Counted from the stretch's first letter, positions 16,679 to 25,021 are shown. The stretch is DNA of 43,665 nucleotides from a virus (IMGVR_UViG_3300010226_000010:1-43665), one strand, 5' to 3'. Numbers and translations: made by a program. Notes: a model not told the origin generated them from the letters alone.

Positions 16679-17535
16679 GGACGTTTGAAGAGGCGGCGTT
16701 GCACTACATGCAGCAGGGCGGCGAGCGCCGCTACCTTCCAAAGCTGATCCGAAAGTTCAAAGGCCGGGCGCTGGCGACACTGAAGCCGGGAGAAATTCGA
16801 GGCGCGGCGACGGAACTCTATCCGAAGGCATCCGGGGCGACGAAGAACCGGCAGGCAATAACCCCGGCGAAGGCCGTCATCAATCACGCGCATGATCTGG
16901 GCTGGTGCGCGCCGATCAAGATCAAGCCGTTCGAGGAAGCCAAGCCGGTCGCGAAAAAGCCCGTCGATCAGGAATGGCTGGACGCCTTCCTGAAACAGGC
17001 GGACGCCATGAGACTGCCGCACCTGTCTGGCATCGTCCTGTTCATGCACGACACCGCCGCGCGCGTCTCGGAAGCCATGCGGGTTTGCGGCAAGCATGTG
17101 GATCTAGCCTCGAGAACATGCCTGCTCGAAAAGACGAAGACGGATGAGAATGTCGTCTGCGCCCTCACCTCCGAACTGGTTTTGCGCATTGCCCAGTTGA
17201 ACGCCGGGCCGGAGGAAAGGGTTTTCTCCTATACCAACCGCGTAGCGGTGAACCAGCGCATTGCAGCCGTGTGCGAGAAGGCCGGGATCGAGTACCGGAG
17301 CACTCATGCCTTGGGCCGGCACACCTTCGCGACCGACGCCATAGCGGACGGGATCGACGTGAAATCGGCTATGGAAGCCGGCCGGTGGAAGTCGGTGGCG
17401 ATCTTCATGGGGAGATATGTGCACACCGACGACGCAGCGGCGAAAGTGGCTTCCGTCATCGACAAGAAGCGCGGCCTTGTTGGCACACAGGAGACACAGG
17501 CCGGGAAGCGAATGAGGCATCGCTTTGGAAAATAA
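16501..17535 (+). CDS. int: Tyrosine recombinase / phage integrase
   Basis: TAARVSEA (R), KTK (K), HALGRHTFAT (HxxR), GRW, RYVH (Y). Confidence 0.95.
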   Translation: MPLEIDDRDGKGIWYVVGTFDGKRIRRSLKTRDRKTALEQCAIFEAKLWKRHSYGEEAVRTFEEAALHYMQQGGERRYLPKLIRKFKGRALATLKPGEIRGAATELYPKASGATKNRQAITPAKAVINHAHDLGWCAPIKIKPFEEAKPVAKKPVDQEWLDAFLKQADAMRLPHLSGIVLFMHDTAARVSEAMRVCGKHVDLASRTCLLEKTKTDENVVCALTSELVLRIAQLNAGPEERVFSYTNRVAVNQRIAAVCEKAGIEYRSTHALGRHTFATDAIADGIDVKSAMEAGRWKSVAIFMGRYVHTDDAAAKVASVIDKKRGLVGTQETQAGKRMRHRFGK

Positions 17536-17700
17536 GGGGAACTTGATTTGACATTCAACCGGAAATCGGGAGAGTGGATTTAGGTGAAGTGGCGCAAACC
17601 CAAGGAAAACCGGCCTAAAAACCAGTGCCTTGGGTTAGAGCCGCGCAAAGGAATGCAGGGCTGAGCGCAGGTGTGTGGCACGAATTTGCCACACAGCACG
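17480..17700. other. Probable intact attP region
   Basis: Non-coding gap after int, flanked by arm-like repeats TGGCAC..ACACAG (near 17481 and 17676) with an inverted repeat AACCCAAGG/CCTTGGGTT; core not identified. Confidence 0.5.
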
Positions 17701-17708
17701 CGCAGTCT

Positions 17709-17723
17709 GTTCCCTACCCGTTC
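17709..17723 (+). promoter_or_regulatory. LexA (SOS) box
   Basis: GTTC-CCTACCC-GTTC, 18 bp before the HNH ATG. Confidence 0.65.
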
Positions 17724-17741
17724 TTGTTACAGGGCAAACCG

Positions 17742-18245
17742 ATGAAGATACTGCTCGACACCGCCACCGACGCTGTAATCACCATTGATGATGACGACTT
17801 GGCTTTGTTCTCAACAGTGTCTTGGAATGTGCAGCCGCGAGGAGCGACACAATATGTCCAAGGGCGGCTGAACGGAGGTAGGGTTTACCTGCATCGCCTG
17901 CTCTTGAACCCGCCTGCCGGAATGGTCGTGGACCACATAGACGGTAACGGGTTGAACAATTCTCGCGCTAACTTGCGGATCGTGACGCAACAGCAAAATC
18001 TATGGAACAAACGTCGAAGACCTTTGGGCCGCCAGCAGGGGTATTACCGCGTGACCATGCGCGTTGATGGCGGGCGGCGAATTCATCTTGGGCTATTTGA
18101 CGATGAAGTCACAGCCAAGCAAGCCCGCGTCTATGTGGAGCAGATAATCCGTGGGGATTTTGCCGTTAATGACGGCGTTGATCTTTCTGGCTTCAACCCA
18201 ATCAACCTTTCAGCGTCGGCGCGGAAGTATTTGGCGGAACGTTGA
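17742..18245 (+). CDS. HNH endonuclease with AP2-like C-terminal domain
   Basis: YLHRLL, VVDHIDGNGLNNSRANLRIVTQQQN, RIHLGLFDDEVTA. Confidence 0.92.
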   Translation: MKILLDTATDAVITIDDDDLALFSTVSWNVQPRGATQYVQGRLNGGRVYLHRLLLNPPAGMVVDHIDGNGLNNSRANLRIVTQQQNLWNKRRRPLGRQQGYYRVTMRVDGGRRIHLGLFDDEVTAKQARVYVEQIIRGDFAVNDGVDLSGFNPINLSASARKYLAER

Positions 18246-18257
18246 TGCCCACAGCCT

Positions 18258-18272
18258 GTTCACGGAGTGTTC
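18258..18272 (+). promoter_or_regulatory. LexA (SOS) box
   Basis: GTTC-ACGGAGT-GTTC immediately before an AGGAGG RBS. Confidence 0.7.
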
Positions 18273-18286
18273 CAGGAGGCAAACGG

Positions 18287-18496
18287 ATGGCAGAGACAGA
18301 CCGATGGGGGCAGACGGCCATGGGGCAGGCGTTTGCAATGGCGCTGGCGGCGGACGATAGCGCCAAGAAGATGGGCGAGTATCTGTACGAAAAGCCCTGG
18401 GCAGAAATAGACGATTTGCAGAGACGTGAATTGCTATGGTCAGCCATGGCCAACTTGGGATTTGCGGTCGTTAAATTGGCGAAGGGAGCCAAGTGA
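18287..18496 (+). CDS. Hypothetical protein
   Basis: AGGAGG RBS; MAETDRWGQ... Confidence 0.65.
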   Translation: MAETDRWGQTAMGQAFAMALAADDSAKKMGEYLYEKPWAEIDDLQRRELLWSAMANLGFAVVKLAKGAK

Positions 18497-18621
18497 TGGC
18501 AGAGACACCGCTCCCCGTCGAGTGCGGATCCTGCGGATGGACCGGGAGGCGCAAGCCAGGCAATATCGTGACCTGCCCGAAATGCGGATCGATAGCGGGG
18601 TTTCAATGCGAGCGCGCTTAA
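18496..18621 (+). CDS. 41-aa Zn-ribbon protein (below ORF-track cutoff)
   Basis: MAETPLPVECGSCGWTGRRKPGNIVTCPKCGSIAGFQCERA; two CxxC; TGATG coupling. Confidence 0.65.
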   Translation: MAETPLPVECGSCGWTGRRKPGNIVTCPKCGSIAGFQCERA

Positions 18622-18716
18622 GCCAGAAGGTCGTCAACGCTCTCCTGCCGGTGATGCTGGTCTATATGGCGCTGTGTAGCCTCTGGTCCATCATCAGGCC
18701 GTGGACGGGCTACTGA
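18606..18716 (+). CDS. 36-aa membrane peptide
   Basis: MRARLSQKVVNALLPVMLVYMALCSLWSIIRPWTGY. Confidence 0.45.
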   Translation: MRARLSQKVVNALLPVMLVYMALCSLWSIIRPWTGY

Positions 18717-18740
18717 CCGCGAGACGCCTTTCGGCCTTGC

Positions 18741-19178
18741 TCACTGCCGGCGCGTTTCCAGTTCGGCGCGTTTCTCAGGCGTCAGGGCGTCGATCTTCTG
18801 GGAGAGCACTTCGACCTTGGTGGAGAGAGAGTTCACCCGGTCGCTCACCCCGTCGATCTTCGTCCCCAGCGTTTGAAGATACTGATCGACGCGCTGGTTG
18901 GTGGCAAGCAGCCCCTGCTCGACGATGCCCATGCGATAGGGCAGGTTTGATAGCGGCTGAAGTTGGGCCTGCATCTGGTCGAAGCCCTTGTCGATCATCG
19001 CTGATCGCGCCTGCCGGTTCTCCTCGATCTTGTCGACCTTGGAAGCGAGGCCTTGAACATACATGGCGATGATGACGCCAGTGCCGACGATGGCCGCGAC
19101 CGATGGCACGTTGATTCTTAGCCAGTTGATATTCACTTCCCGGCTTTGCGGCATCGCCTCGTCTCCGTCATCCGCCAT
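18741..19178 (-). CDS. Membrane-anchored coiled-coil protein at the end of the lysis cassette
   Basis: One N-terminal TM (VAAIVGTGVIIAMYV) followed by heptad repeats. Confidence 0.75.
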   Translation of the reverse strand: MADDGDEAMPQSREVNINWLRINVPSVAAIVGTGVIIAMYVQGLASKVDKIEENRQARSAMIDKGFDQMQAQLQPLSNLPYRMGIVEQGLLATNQRVDQYLQTLGTKIDGVSDRVNSLSTKVEVLSQKIDALTPEKRAELETRRQ

Positions 19179-19212
19179 CGTCCCCTAGCCGCCCTTTCCA
19201 TGCACCGCTATT

Positions 19213-19446
19213 TCAAGGCATCCAGCCGCAAAGGGCCTGCCCGCGTTTGTTGTGCGCCAGCAACGCCGCCACTTCGGTATCGGTCATGTCCGCGATAGTC
19301 TGCTGGCCTGGCCTGATCGGCTTGGCGATGGCGCAGAATGACCCGCCACTGGTCGTGCATGCCGTCGCGCCGACAAGGAAGATCAGGAGCATCAGCAGCC
19401 ACGCCAGCATGTCGACGATTCGCCGTTTCATGGCTTCCGGCCCCAC
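19213..19446 (-). CDS. o-spanin-like lipoprotein
   Basis: Signal with lipobox ATAC; SFC.IAKPI...ILAHN-like...CGW; overlaps the upstream gene. Confidence 0.75.
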   Translation of the reverse strand: MGPEAMKRRIVDMLAWLLMLLIFLVGATACTTSGGSFCAIAKPIRPGQQTIADMTDTEVAALLAHNKRGQALCGWMP

Positions 19447-19676
19447 TTGCCGAGTTCGGTTCGGTTGGCATCGGGCGACCTGCCGGCCACGGCGTCGTCG
19501 ATCTCGTCCGCGATAGACTTGGCCTTTGCTTCGGAAGCCGCCTGCCTGTCGCGCTCGAGCGTGGCCCCTGAAATCCGCCCTTTGACATAGGTGGCCACAA
19601 ACGCCGCGATGACGACGCCCGCGCCGACGAGGTACGTCCCGGCCTTGCTTGCGAGCATGGCGATTATCGCGCTCAT
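19428..19676 (-). CDS. i-spanin-like protein
   Basis: N-terminal TM, then YVKGR and a short helical periplasmic part. Confidence 0.72.
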   Translation of the reverse strand: MSAIIAMLASKAGTYLVGAGVVIAAFVATYVKGRISGATLERDRQAASEAKAKSIADEIDDAVAGRSPDANRTELGKWGRKP

Positions 19677-19885
19677 AGGTCGGTCGCCCGGCGGCGGCGC
19701 GCCCATTCGGTTATCAGCCCCCACACGATCAGGAACGCACCAAACCAGCGCTCCCCGATCAAAGATTGGAACTGGTAGGGATCGATCGCCGGAAGGACGA
19801 TCCAGAGAAGGCCGGATAGGGCTTGTAAGCGAGCGAGGAAGATTGTCTCGCTATCCAAGAAAAATTGCTTCACGCGCTTCCACAT
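19673..19885 (-). CDS. Putative holin (2 TM), intact copy
   Basis: 70 aa, two hydrophobic segments, basic C-terminus RRRR, between endolysin and spanins. Confidence 0.7.
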   Translation of the reverse strand: MWKRVKQFFLDSETIFLARLQALSGLLWIVLPAIDPYQFQSLIGERWFGAFLIVWGLITEWARRRRATDL

Positions 19886-19985
19886 GATTGGTTTCCTTCG
19901 GGTTTTTGTGATACAAAATGCGAACGCGCCGGATGCTGGTCACATCACGGCGCGCTCTAACCAGCCAACACATGCGAGGTGTCAG

Positions 19986-20579
19986 ATGGCTACGAAATCC
20001 TTATGTTCTATTCCTGATTGCGACAAGCCAGCGCGGAGACGTGGATGGTGCGAAATGCATTACGCCCGTTGGAAAAGGAACGGCAATCCAGTTGCTTATT
20101 ACGTCTCTCAGCCGCTGCAATTCGTCCAGAGCGCCATAGCGCATGTTAGCAACAGTGAATGTTTGTTCTGGCCTTTCGCCAAAGGCGCTCATGGGTACGG
20201 TCAGCTAAAGTTTGAGAACAACTACTACAGGGCACACCGATTGGTCTGTGAGCGAGCGCATGGCGCGCCACCATCTCCAAAGCATCAAGCCGCCCACTCC
20301 TGCGGTAATAGGCTGTGCGTCAACCCACACCACCTGCGATGGGCAACCCAATTGGAGAACGAATCCGACAAGCTTCTCCACGGCACCACGAACACCGGAG
20401 AAAGGAATGGGCACGCGAAGCTAACGATGGAGGACGTGCGGAGGATTCGCCTTCTTAGCGGCAAGATATCCCAAGACGCACTCGGTGAAATATTCGGGGT
20501 TAGCCAATCGTCCATCAGTCTCATTGTCTTGGGGAAGATATGGAAAGACAGCGGCGACATGACGGCCGGATCGATGTAG
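19986..20579 (+). CDS. HNH homing endonuclease, antisense within the lysis cassette
   Basis: CSIPDC...GWCEMHYARW, AHRLVC, AAHSCGNRLCVNPHHLRWAT..EN, NGHAKLT; GAGGT RBS. Confidence 0.93.
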   Translation: MATKSLCSIPDCDKPARRRGWCEMHYARWKRNGNPVAYYVSQPLQFVQSAIAHVSNSECLFWPFAKGAHGYGQLKFENNYYRAHRLVCERAHGAPPSPKHQAAHSCGNRLCVNPHHLRWATQLENESDKLLHGTTNTGERNGHAKLTMEDVRRIRLLSGKISQDALGEIFGVSQSSISLIVLGKIWKDSGDMTAGSM

Positions 20580-20674
20580 GTGAGGACGAGGGCGAGAAAG
20601 CCGAGGGCAGACTGGATACGCGCCCAAGCGATCGTCTCCGACCCGGCGCAGAACTTCTTGATCTTGGCCCACAC
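20549..20674 (-). pseudogene. 5' remnant of a second holin copy truncated by the HNH insertion
   Basis: MWAKIKKFCAGSETIAWARIQSALGFLALVLTYIDP aligns without gaps to the intact holin MWKRVKQFFLDSETIFLARLQALSGLLWIVLPAIDP; AGGAGG RBS. Confidence 0.8.
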
Positions 20675-20683
20675 GGGAACCTC

Positions 20684-21514
20684 CTATCGACAGAACAGCC
20701 CAAACCAATCGCATGGCGCAGCAGCGATCCACGCCCATGCGACGCCCAGCCCGGCACCGATCAGCGCGAAGAACATGGCAAGGCCGGTTTTCGGCGGGGC
20801 AGAGGGAGCGGCAGGCGGGGCCGCTGGTGCGGGTTGAGCCTTCGGAGGCTCGGGCGTGGCGGGAACGGGCTTGGGCGCTTCCACGGGCGCGGGAGACGGG
20901 GAAACAGGCAGGCTGGCCGCTACCATCGCAGCAGCCTTCCTGTAGGCCGCCGCCAGCTTCTTGTCGTAGCCGTTCTTCGCGTACCCTGCCCCGTTGTAGA
21001 GCCGTGCGAACGCCGGCCAGTCATGAGCCTTGAGCGCGACCCGCATCTTCGGGCTTGCGGTGATGAAGCAGATCATCGCCTCGACCTGGTTCTTCTCCGA
21101 AACGGCCATGGACTTGACCATTTCGAGAGCGGAGCCGAAACCCGCCGCCTTGAAGTTCTCGCCAAGCAGCTGCGGCAGGCCCCATGAGGTCGCGAGGCAG
21201 GCGACTTCCTCCCCTGCGATCTTCGCGCACAGGTCGATCCGGGGATAAGACGATTTCGGATAGGGCTTCGCGCCCCACTTCTGATAGGCGATGCCGGCCT
21301 TCACCAGCGCGTTGCGGATCGTGCCGGACGTGTTGCGATAGGCGACATGCGGCTCATAGAGGCACGTCACGGCACCCGCTGAGGTGAAGCCCTTGCCGTT
21401 CGTCTCGACGGCGATGACGGCGCGTATGGCCGCCTGCTCGACGCCATGCTTGGCGCAAAGCAAGGCAATATCGCTATCGGCAAGCGGGATCGCCGCTCCG
21501 ATGTAGAACGTCAT
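20684..21514 (-). CDS. Endolysin, N-acetylmuramidase (DUF3380) family with Pro/Ala linker and C-terminal TM
   Basis: AVIAVET, LYEPH, ATSWGLPQLLGENF...GF, FARLYNG.GY..N.YDKKLA. Confidence 0.9.
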   Translation of the reverse strand: MTFYIGAAIPLADSDIALLCAKHGVEQAAIRAVIAVETNGKGFTSAGAVTCLYEPHVAYRNTSGTIRNALVKAGIAYQKWGAKPYPKSSYPRIDLCAKIAGEEVACLATSWGLPQLLGENFKAAGFGSALEMVKSMAVSEKNQVEAMICFITASPKMRVALKAHDWPAFARLYNGAGYAKNGYDKKLAAAYRKAAAMVAASLPVSPSPAPVEAPKPVPATPEPPKAQPAPAAPPAAPSAPPKTGLAMFFALIGAGLGVAWAWIAAAPCDWFGLFCR

Positions 21515-21640
21515 GGTCTGTCCTTTCGATGATTGTCAGTCAGGCCGCAGCGGGCCTATGCTGCCAGCACCCGGCTACCACCCATTGCCGGGCAAGCGAT
21601 GGCCCGGTCGCTCCACCCATAGGCGGCCGGGTCGTTTTGG

Positions 21641-22042
21641 CTACAGCGAGGCCGCCGCCGTGAAGAAGGCGTCGATCTGGTCCGAGGTGAAGCCGAGAGC
21701 GGTGAACCCCGACTGCATCATCGGCTCGGCCCTGACGAATTCGCCGCTTTCATTGAAGGCGATCTGGACGAGGGCGGACTGAGACGCAACCCAGTCGCTG
21801 ACAAGGGAAGCGAGGCCCGAGATTTCCAACTGCATCTTGAACTGCCGGCGCGAAACACGGTCGGGAGCAGGCGGCGGCTCAGGCGGCATCTCCACCCATG
21901 CCCCATCCTGCCAGTCATAGTCCGCGCCGGGCTTCAACGGCACTTCAATGGTGCCATCTGGATATGTCGGCAGGAGCGTTTCGGCATCTCCGGCGATTGC
22001 CTGCCAGTAACCCCAATCTTCGTGATAAAAGCCGAGTTCCAT
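21641..22042 (-). CDS. Tail-fibre-associated / assembly protein
   Basis: GFYHE..GYWQ, EVPLKPG, VSRRQFKMQL, QIDAFF.AA; coupled to the fibre gene. Confidence 0.7.
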   Translation of the reverse strand: MELGFYHEDWGYWQAIAGDAETLLPTYPDGTIEVPLKPGADYDWQDGAWVEMPPEPPPAPDRVSRRQFKMQLEISGLASLVSDWVASQSALVQIAFNESGEFVRAEPMMQSGFTALGFTSDQIDAFFTAAASL

Positions 22043-22953
22043 TACCTTAGCTCCATCCATGCGTCGATCGTGGACTCGCTACCGACCGATCTTTCGATCT
22101 TATAGTAATGACCGGGTGGAACGATTGCGAAAAAGTATGCCGTTGTACTCGATGTTGACGTGGCTCCTATCGCCACGGTTACATAGGTCAATCCGTCTGC
22201 CGACACTCGAAAACGCTGCGTGGAGTTTGACCCCTTTACCGATATGGCGACTTGGATTTGCTTGCCGGTCGTATTTTGATACGCGGTTTGGGCCGCCCGG
22301 CTAGACGAAACATCCTGCCACGTCTGCCCTATGCCGATACCTCTGGCATCAACGTATTGCTTCGGCACCGCCATAAGATCAGTCGTCGGGTCGCCCTTGA
22401 GCGTCAGGTCGCCGGTCATCGTGCCGCCAGCCTTCGGCAGCGCCCCGGTGATCCGGCTGTCGTCGCCTGCCGCAACAGTGCCGGCGGTGGTGCCGACATC
22501 GAGGCCAGCCGCATTGCCGAGGGTATCGCTGTCGAACGGCGCGTTGAAGATGACGGCCCGGAATGCCGTCGCCGTGCAGATGATCAGCGCCGAATTGCCA
22601 TCCTCAAGAGACAGCGTGGACGCCCCGTTGATCTGCTCTGAACTAGCTGGGTCGATGGTCGCCGTCGCCCCGTCAGCCATCACCCACAGGCACCAGCCTG
22701 CCGTCAGCGTGGCGGCGGCGGTCAGGTTGATCGTTGCCGCGCCGGTGACGCGCCACATCTGATTGTGATCGCTCTTCGCTGCGGTATATGATCCCGCCGT
22801 TTTGTCGGCGACCCTGGTGACGGCGGCCCGTGTGTCGGCCATCATCTGGCGCATCGCGTCGTCGCCGTTCTTGATTGAGTCGGAACCGGCTATCCCGATC
22901 CCTCCTATCGCCGTGTTAGACGACGGCGTGGTGCTGTAGTCCAGAACGCCCAT
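22042..22953 (-). CDS. Tail fibre protein
   Basis: DAMRQMMAD head, VGTTAGTVAAGDDSRI, GGTMTGDL, KQYVD, GIGQTWQDV...VPPGHYY tip. Confidence 0.85.
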   Translation of the reverse strand: MGVLDYSTTPSSNTAIGGIGIAGSDSIKNGDDAMRQMMADTRAAVTRVADKTAGSYTAAKSDHNQMWRVTGAATINLTAAATLTAGWCLWVMADGATATIDPASSEQINGASTLSLEDGNSALIICTATAFRAVIFNAPFDSDTLGNAAGLDVGTTAGTVAAGDDSRITGALPKAGGTMTGDLTLKGDPTTDLMAVPKQYVDARGIGIGQTWQDVSSSRAAQTAYQNTTGKQIQVAISVKGSNSTQRFRVSADGLTYVTVAIGATSTSSTTAYFFAIVPPGHYYKIERSVGSESTIDAWMELR

Positions 22954-22966
22954 TTGCTGCCTTCCT

Positions 22967-24661
22967 TCAGTAAAGCCCGCCTTGGCCGCGTGAGATAGCG
23001 GACGCCGCGCCGGGCGAAATGCTTCTCATGCCGGCCATCGAATTGTTGGACTGCGATCCGCCGAGAGCGCCGCGCATGGTCGGCGCGGTCGGGAACTGCC
23101 CGCCGGAACGTGGCGCGACTGCGGTGATGTTTCCGAATGCCGGCGTGGCATAGGTGACGCGGTTGCCGGTCAGCGCGTCGAACGGGTTCTTTCCCTGCAC
23201 GATGGACTTGCCGATGGCCGCACCGATGATCGACCCGATAGGCCCGGCGAACGAACCGAGCGCGCTGCCGGCCATTGCTCCGGTAAAGCCGCGCGCCAGG
23301 TTGCCTGTTTCCGTCTGCGCAGGCTGGATGCCGAATAAGCCGCCCTGCTTCGTGGTGATGCCGCCTGCACCGAGAGGTCCGTCAATCGACGGCGCGCTCG
23401 GGAACGACGATGACGGAAGCGACGATGCGGGAGACGGAGCCTTGCCGTAGGATACTGTCATTTGCCCGCTGGGGAGCGTCGTTGTGGTCGCGCCGTACTT
23501 GTTGGTGATGGAGACGTTGCCGAACCGGTCGCGGGAAACCATGCTGCCGTCGTTGGCGCGGCCAAGGTTCGCCTGCCCGTTGTACACGTCCATGGCCGAA
23601 GGCATGGAAGGCCGTTGCGGTGCAGACGGAAAGGCGTTGCTGGTTGCCTGTCTGGGGACGGATACCGGTGGTGCGACTGGTGCGACCGGAGCGGCAACTG
23701 GAGGGGCGACGGGCTGCGCCATGGCGGTGAAAGTGGGCTGTACCGGCGTCTGCGGGGAGAATGTCTGTGCCGGCCCCATGAGGCTGGGCGAGGTCAGCGC
23801 TGACGGGACCGAAGGAACGGCAGGCGCTACACTGGGCAGGTTTGTCGTGGCGTAGGCTGCGGAAGGCGCGATGGCCGGCGCGGAAGGACGCGGCGACGGC
23901 AGGTTGGTGGTGGCATACGCACTCGACGGCGGTACAGACGGTGCCGAACGCGGGGACGGGAGATTGGTGGTCGCATAGGCGCTGGAGGGAACAGACGGCG
24001 GCGATGGCCGGGGAGACGGCAAGTTGGTCGTGGCGTATGCGCTCGAACCGGGCGATGGGAGTGCGGACCTCTCCACCTTTCCAAGCGGTGCTGAATATGA
24101 CGCATTGCCCACGTTGGCGAGGCGCATGGCCGCCTGCATCGTCTGCGCCGTGGGCGCTACCGTCGAAGCGGCTACCGGCTGATAGCGCTGCGGCGGTGCC
24201 TGCATCTGGTCGGGGAGAGAAGCGCCAATGGCGGCGTCTATGTGATTATTCGCCGCGCTCAGTTTCTTGTCGTAGTCGGCATCGGTCGCGTAACCGCCCG
24301 GCTGGTTGGCTCTAAGTGCGGCGACCGCCTCTTTGAACGTTGAGGCCGTCAGGACGCCCGGCCACCGTCTTGCAACGACTTTTGCCCAATCTCGGAAAGC
24401 CTCCGCAGGCGAAGAATAGACCCGGAAATTGTCTTTGACGCGGACCATTTTCCCGCCAATGTTTTCCTTCGTCCAAAGCCTTTGGACGGGGCCGGTCCAG
24501 CTTGACCCCGCTTTGATCCCATAGAAATTATTCCCCGGCGCGGACTTCCCGTAACCGGATTCCAACCCCGCCTGGGCCGCCGCAACTCGGGCTGCTGCAT
24601 CTGACAGCCCGGCTTGCCGGGCCATTGCGTACGCATTCGATAGGAAGGTTTGCCTACCCAT
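22967..24661 (-). CDS. Virion protein with N-terminal FlgJ-like glucosaminidase domain and Pro/Ser-rich repeats (probable ejection protein)
   Basis: AAQAGLESGYG, NNFYGIKA, FRVYSS, GYATDADY. Confidence 0.82.
   Translation of the reverse strand: MGRQTFLSNAYAMARQAGLSDAAARVAAAQAGLESGYGKSAPGNNFYGIKAGSSWTGPVQRLWTKENIGGKMVRVKDNFRVYSSPAEAFRDWAKVVARRWPGVLTASTFKEAVAALRANQPGGYATDADYDKKLSAANNHIDAAIGASLPDQMQAPPQRYQPVAASTVAPTAQTMQAAMRLANVGNASYSAPLGKVERSALPSPGSSAYATTNLPSPRPSPPSVPSSAYATTNLPSPRSAPSVPPSSAYATTNLPSPRPSAPAIAPSAAYATTNLPSVAPAVPSVPSALTSPSLMGPAQTFSPQTPVQPTFTAMAQPVAPPVAAPVAPVAPPVSVPRQATSNAFPSAPQRPSMPSAMDVYNGQANLGRANDGSMVSRDRFGNVSITNKYGATTTTLPSGQMTVSYGKAPSPASSLPSSSFPSAPSIDGPLGAGGITTKQGGLFGIQPAQTETGNLARGFTGAMAGSALGSFAGPIGSIIGAAIGKSIVQGKNPFDALTGNRVTYATPAFGNITAVAPRSGGQFPTAPTMRGALGGSQSNNSMAGMRSISPGAASAISRGQGGLY
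23831..24046 (-). repeat. Four coding tandem repeats, AYATTNLPS core (~20-aa unit)
   Basis: Peptide core identical while synonymous positions differ. Confidence 0.9.
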
Positions 24662-24694
24662 TGACGGACCTCGGACGACGATTATTTTAGAGGG

Positions 24695-24970
24695 ATGAAA
24701 AACGTTCTCGTACTGCTCGCACTACTCGCCGCATGGCCCGCTTGGGCTTATTCAACTGGTGACGAGTACCAGCCCGATTTCGAGAAGGCCCGCGAGTGCA
24801 AGCCAATCGACGGGCGGAAGGTATGGGCGGGCAAGGACGCCTATTACATTCAGGCTAACATGTTTCAGACGGGTCAGTCCGGTTTACTTGATGACGATGC
24901 GGTATCCACCGTTCCCATTAAGGACAACGACAAGGTGGCGCTCGAGGCTTTCGAGAAAGCCTGCAACTGA
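24695..24970 (+). CDS. Secreted moron protein
   Basis: Signal peptide MKNVLVLLALLAAWPAWA, two Cys; TTGACG..TATTTT promoter-like sequence upstream. Confidence 0.75.
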   Translation: MKNVLVLLALLAAWPAWAYSTGDEYQPDFEKARECKPIDGRKVWAGKDAYYIQANMFQTGQSGLLDDDAVSTVPIKDNDKVALEAFEKACN

Positions 24971-25021
24971 CTTGCGCACCGCTGCGCTTCGACTGATTAT
25001 CCCCTTCCTTGGGAGGGGGAG

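Noticed and set aside
17536-17700. tRNA-derived att core
   Set aside because: No tRNA 3'-end sequence is recognisable; the integration target cannot be named without the host genome
21542-21564. H-type pseudoknot AGGCC/GGCCT with GCAGC/GCTGC
   Set aside because: Zero-length connecting loop makes simultaneous pairing implausible; treated as alternative hairpins
23831-24046. CRISPR-like array or DGR repeat pair
   Set aside because: Repeats are in-frame coding units with synonymous variation; no cas or reverse transcriptase gene in the window
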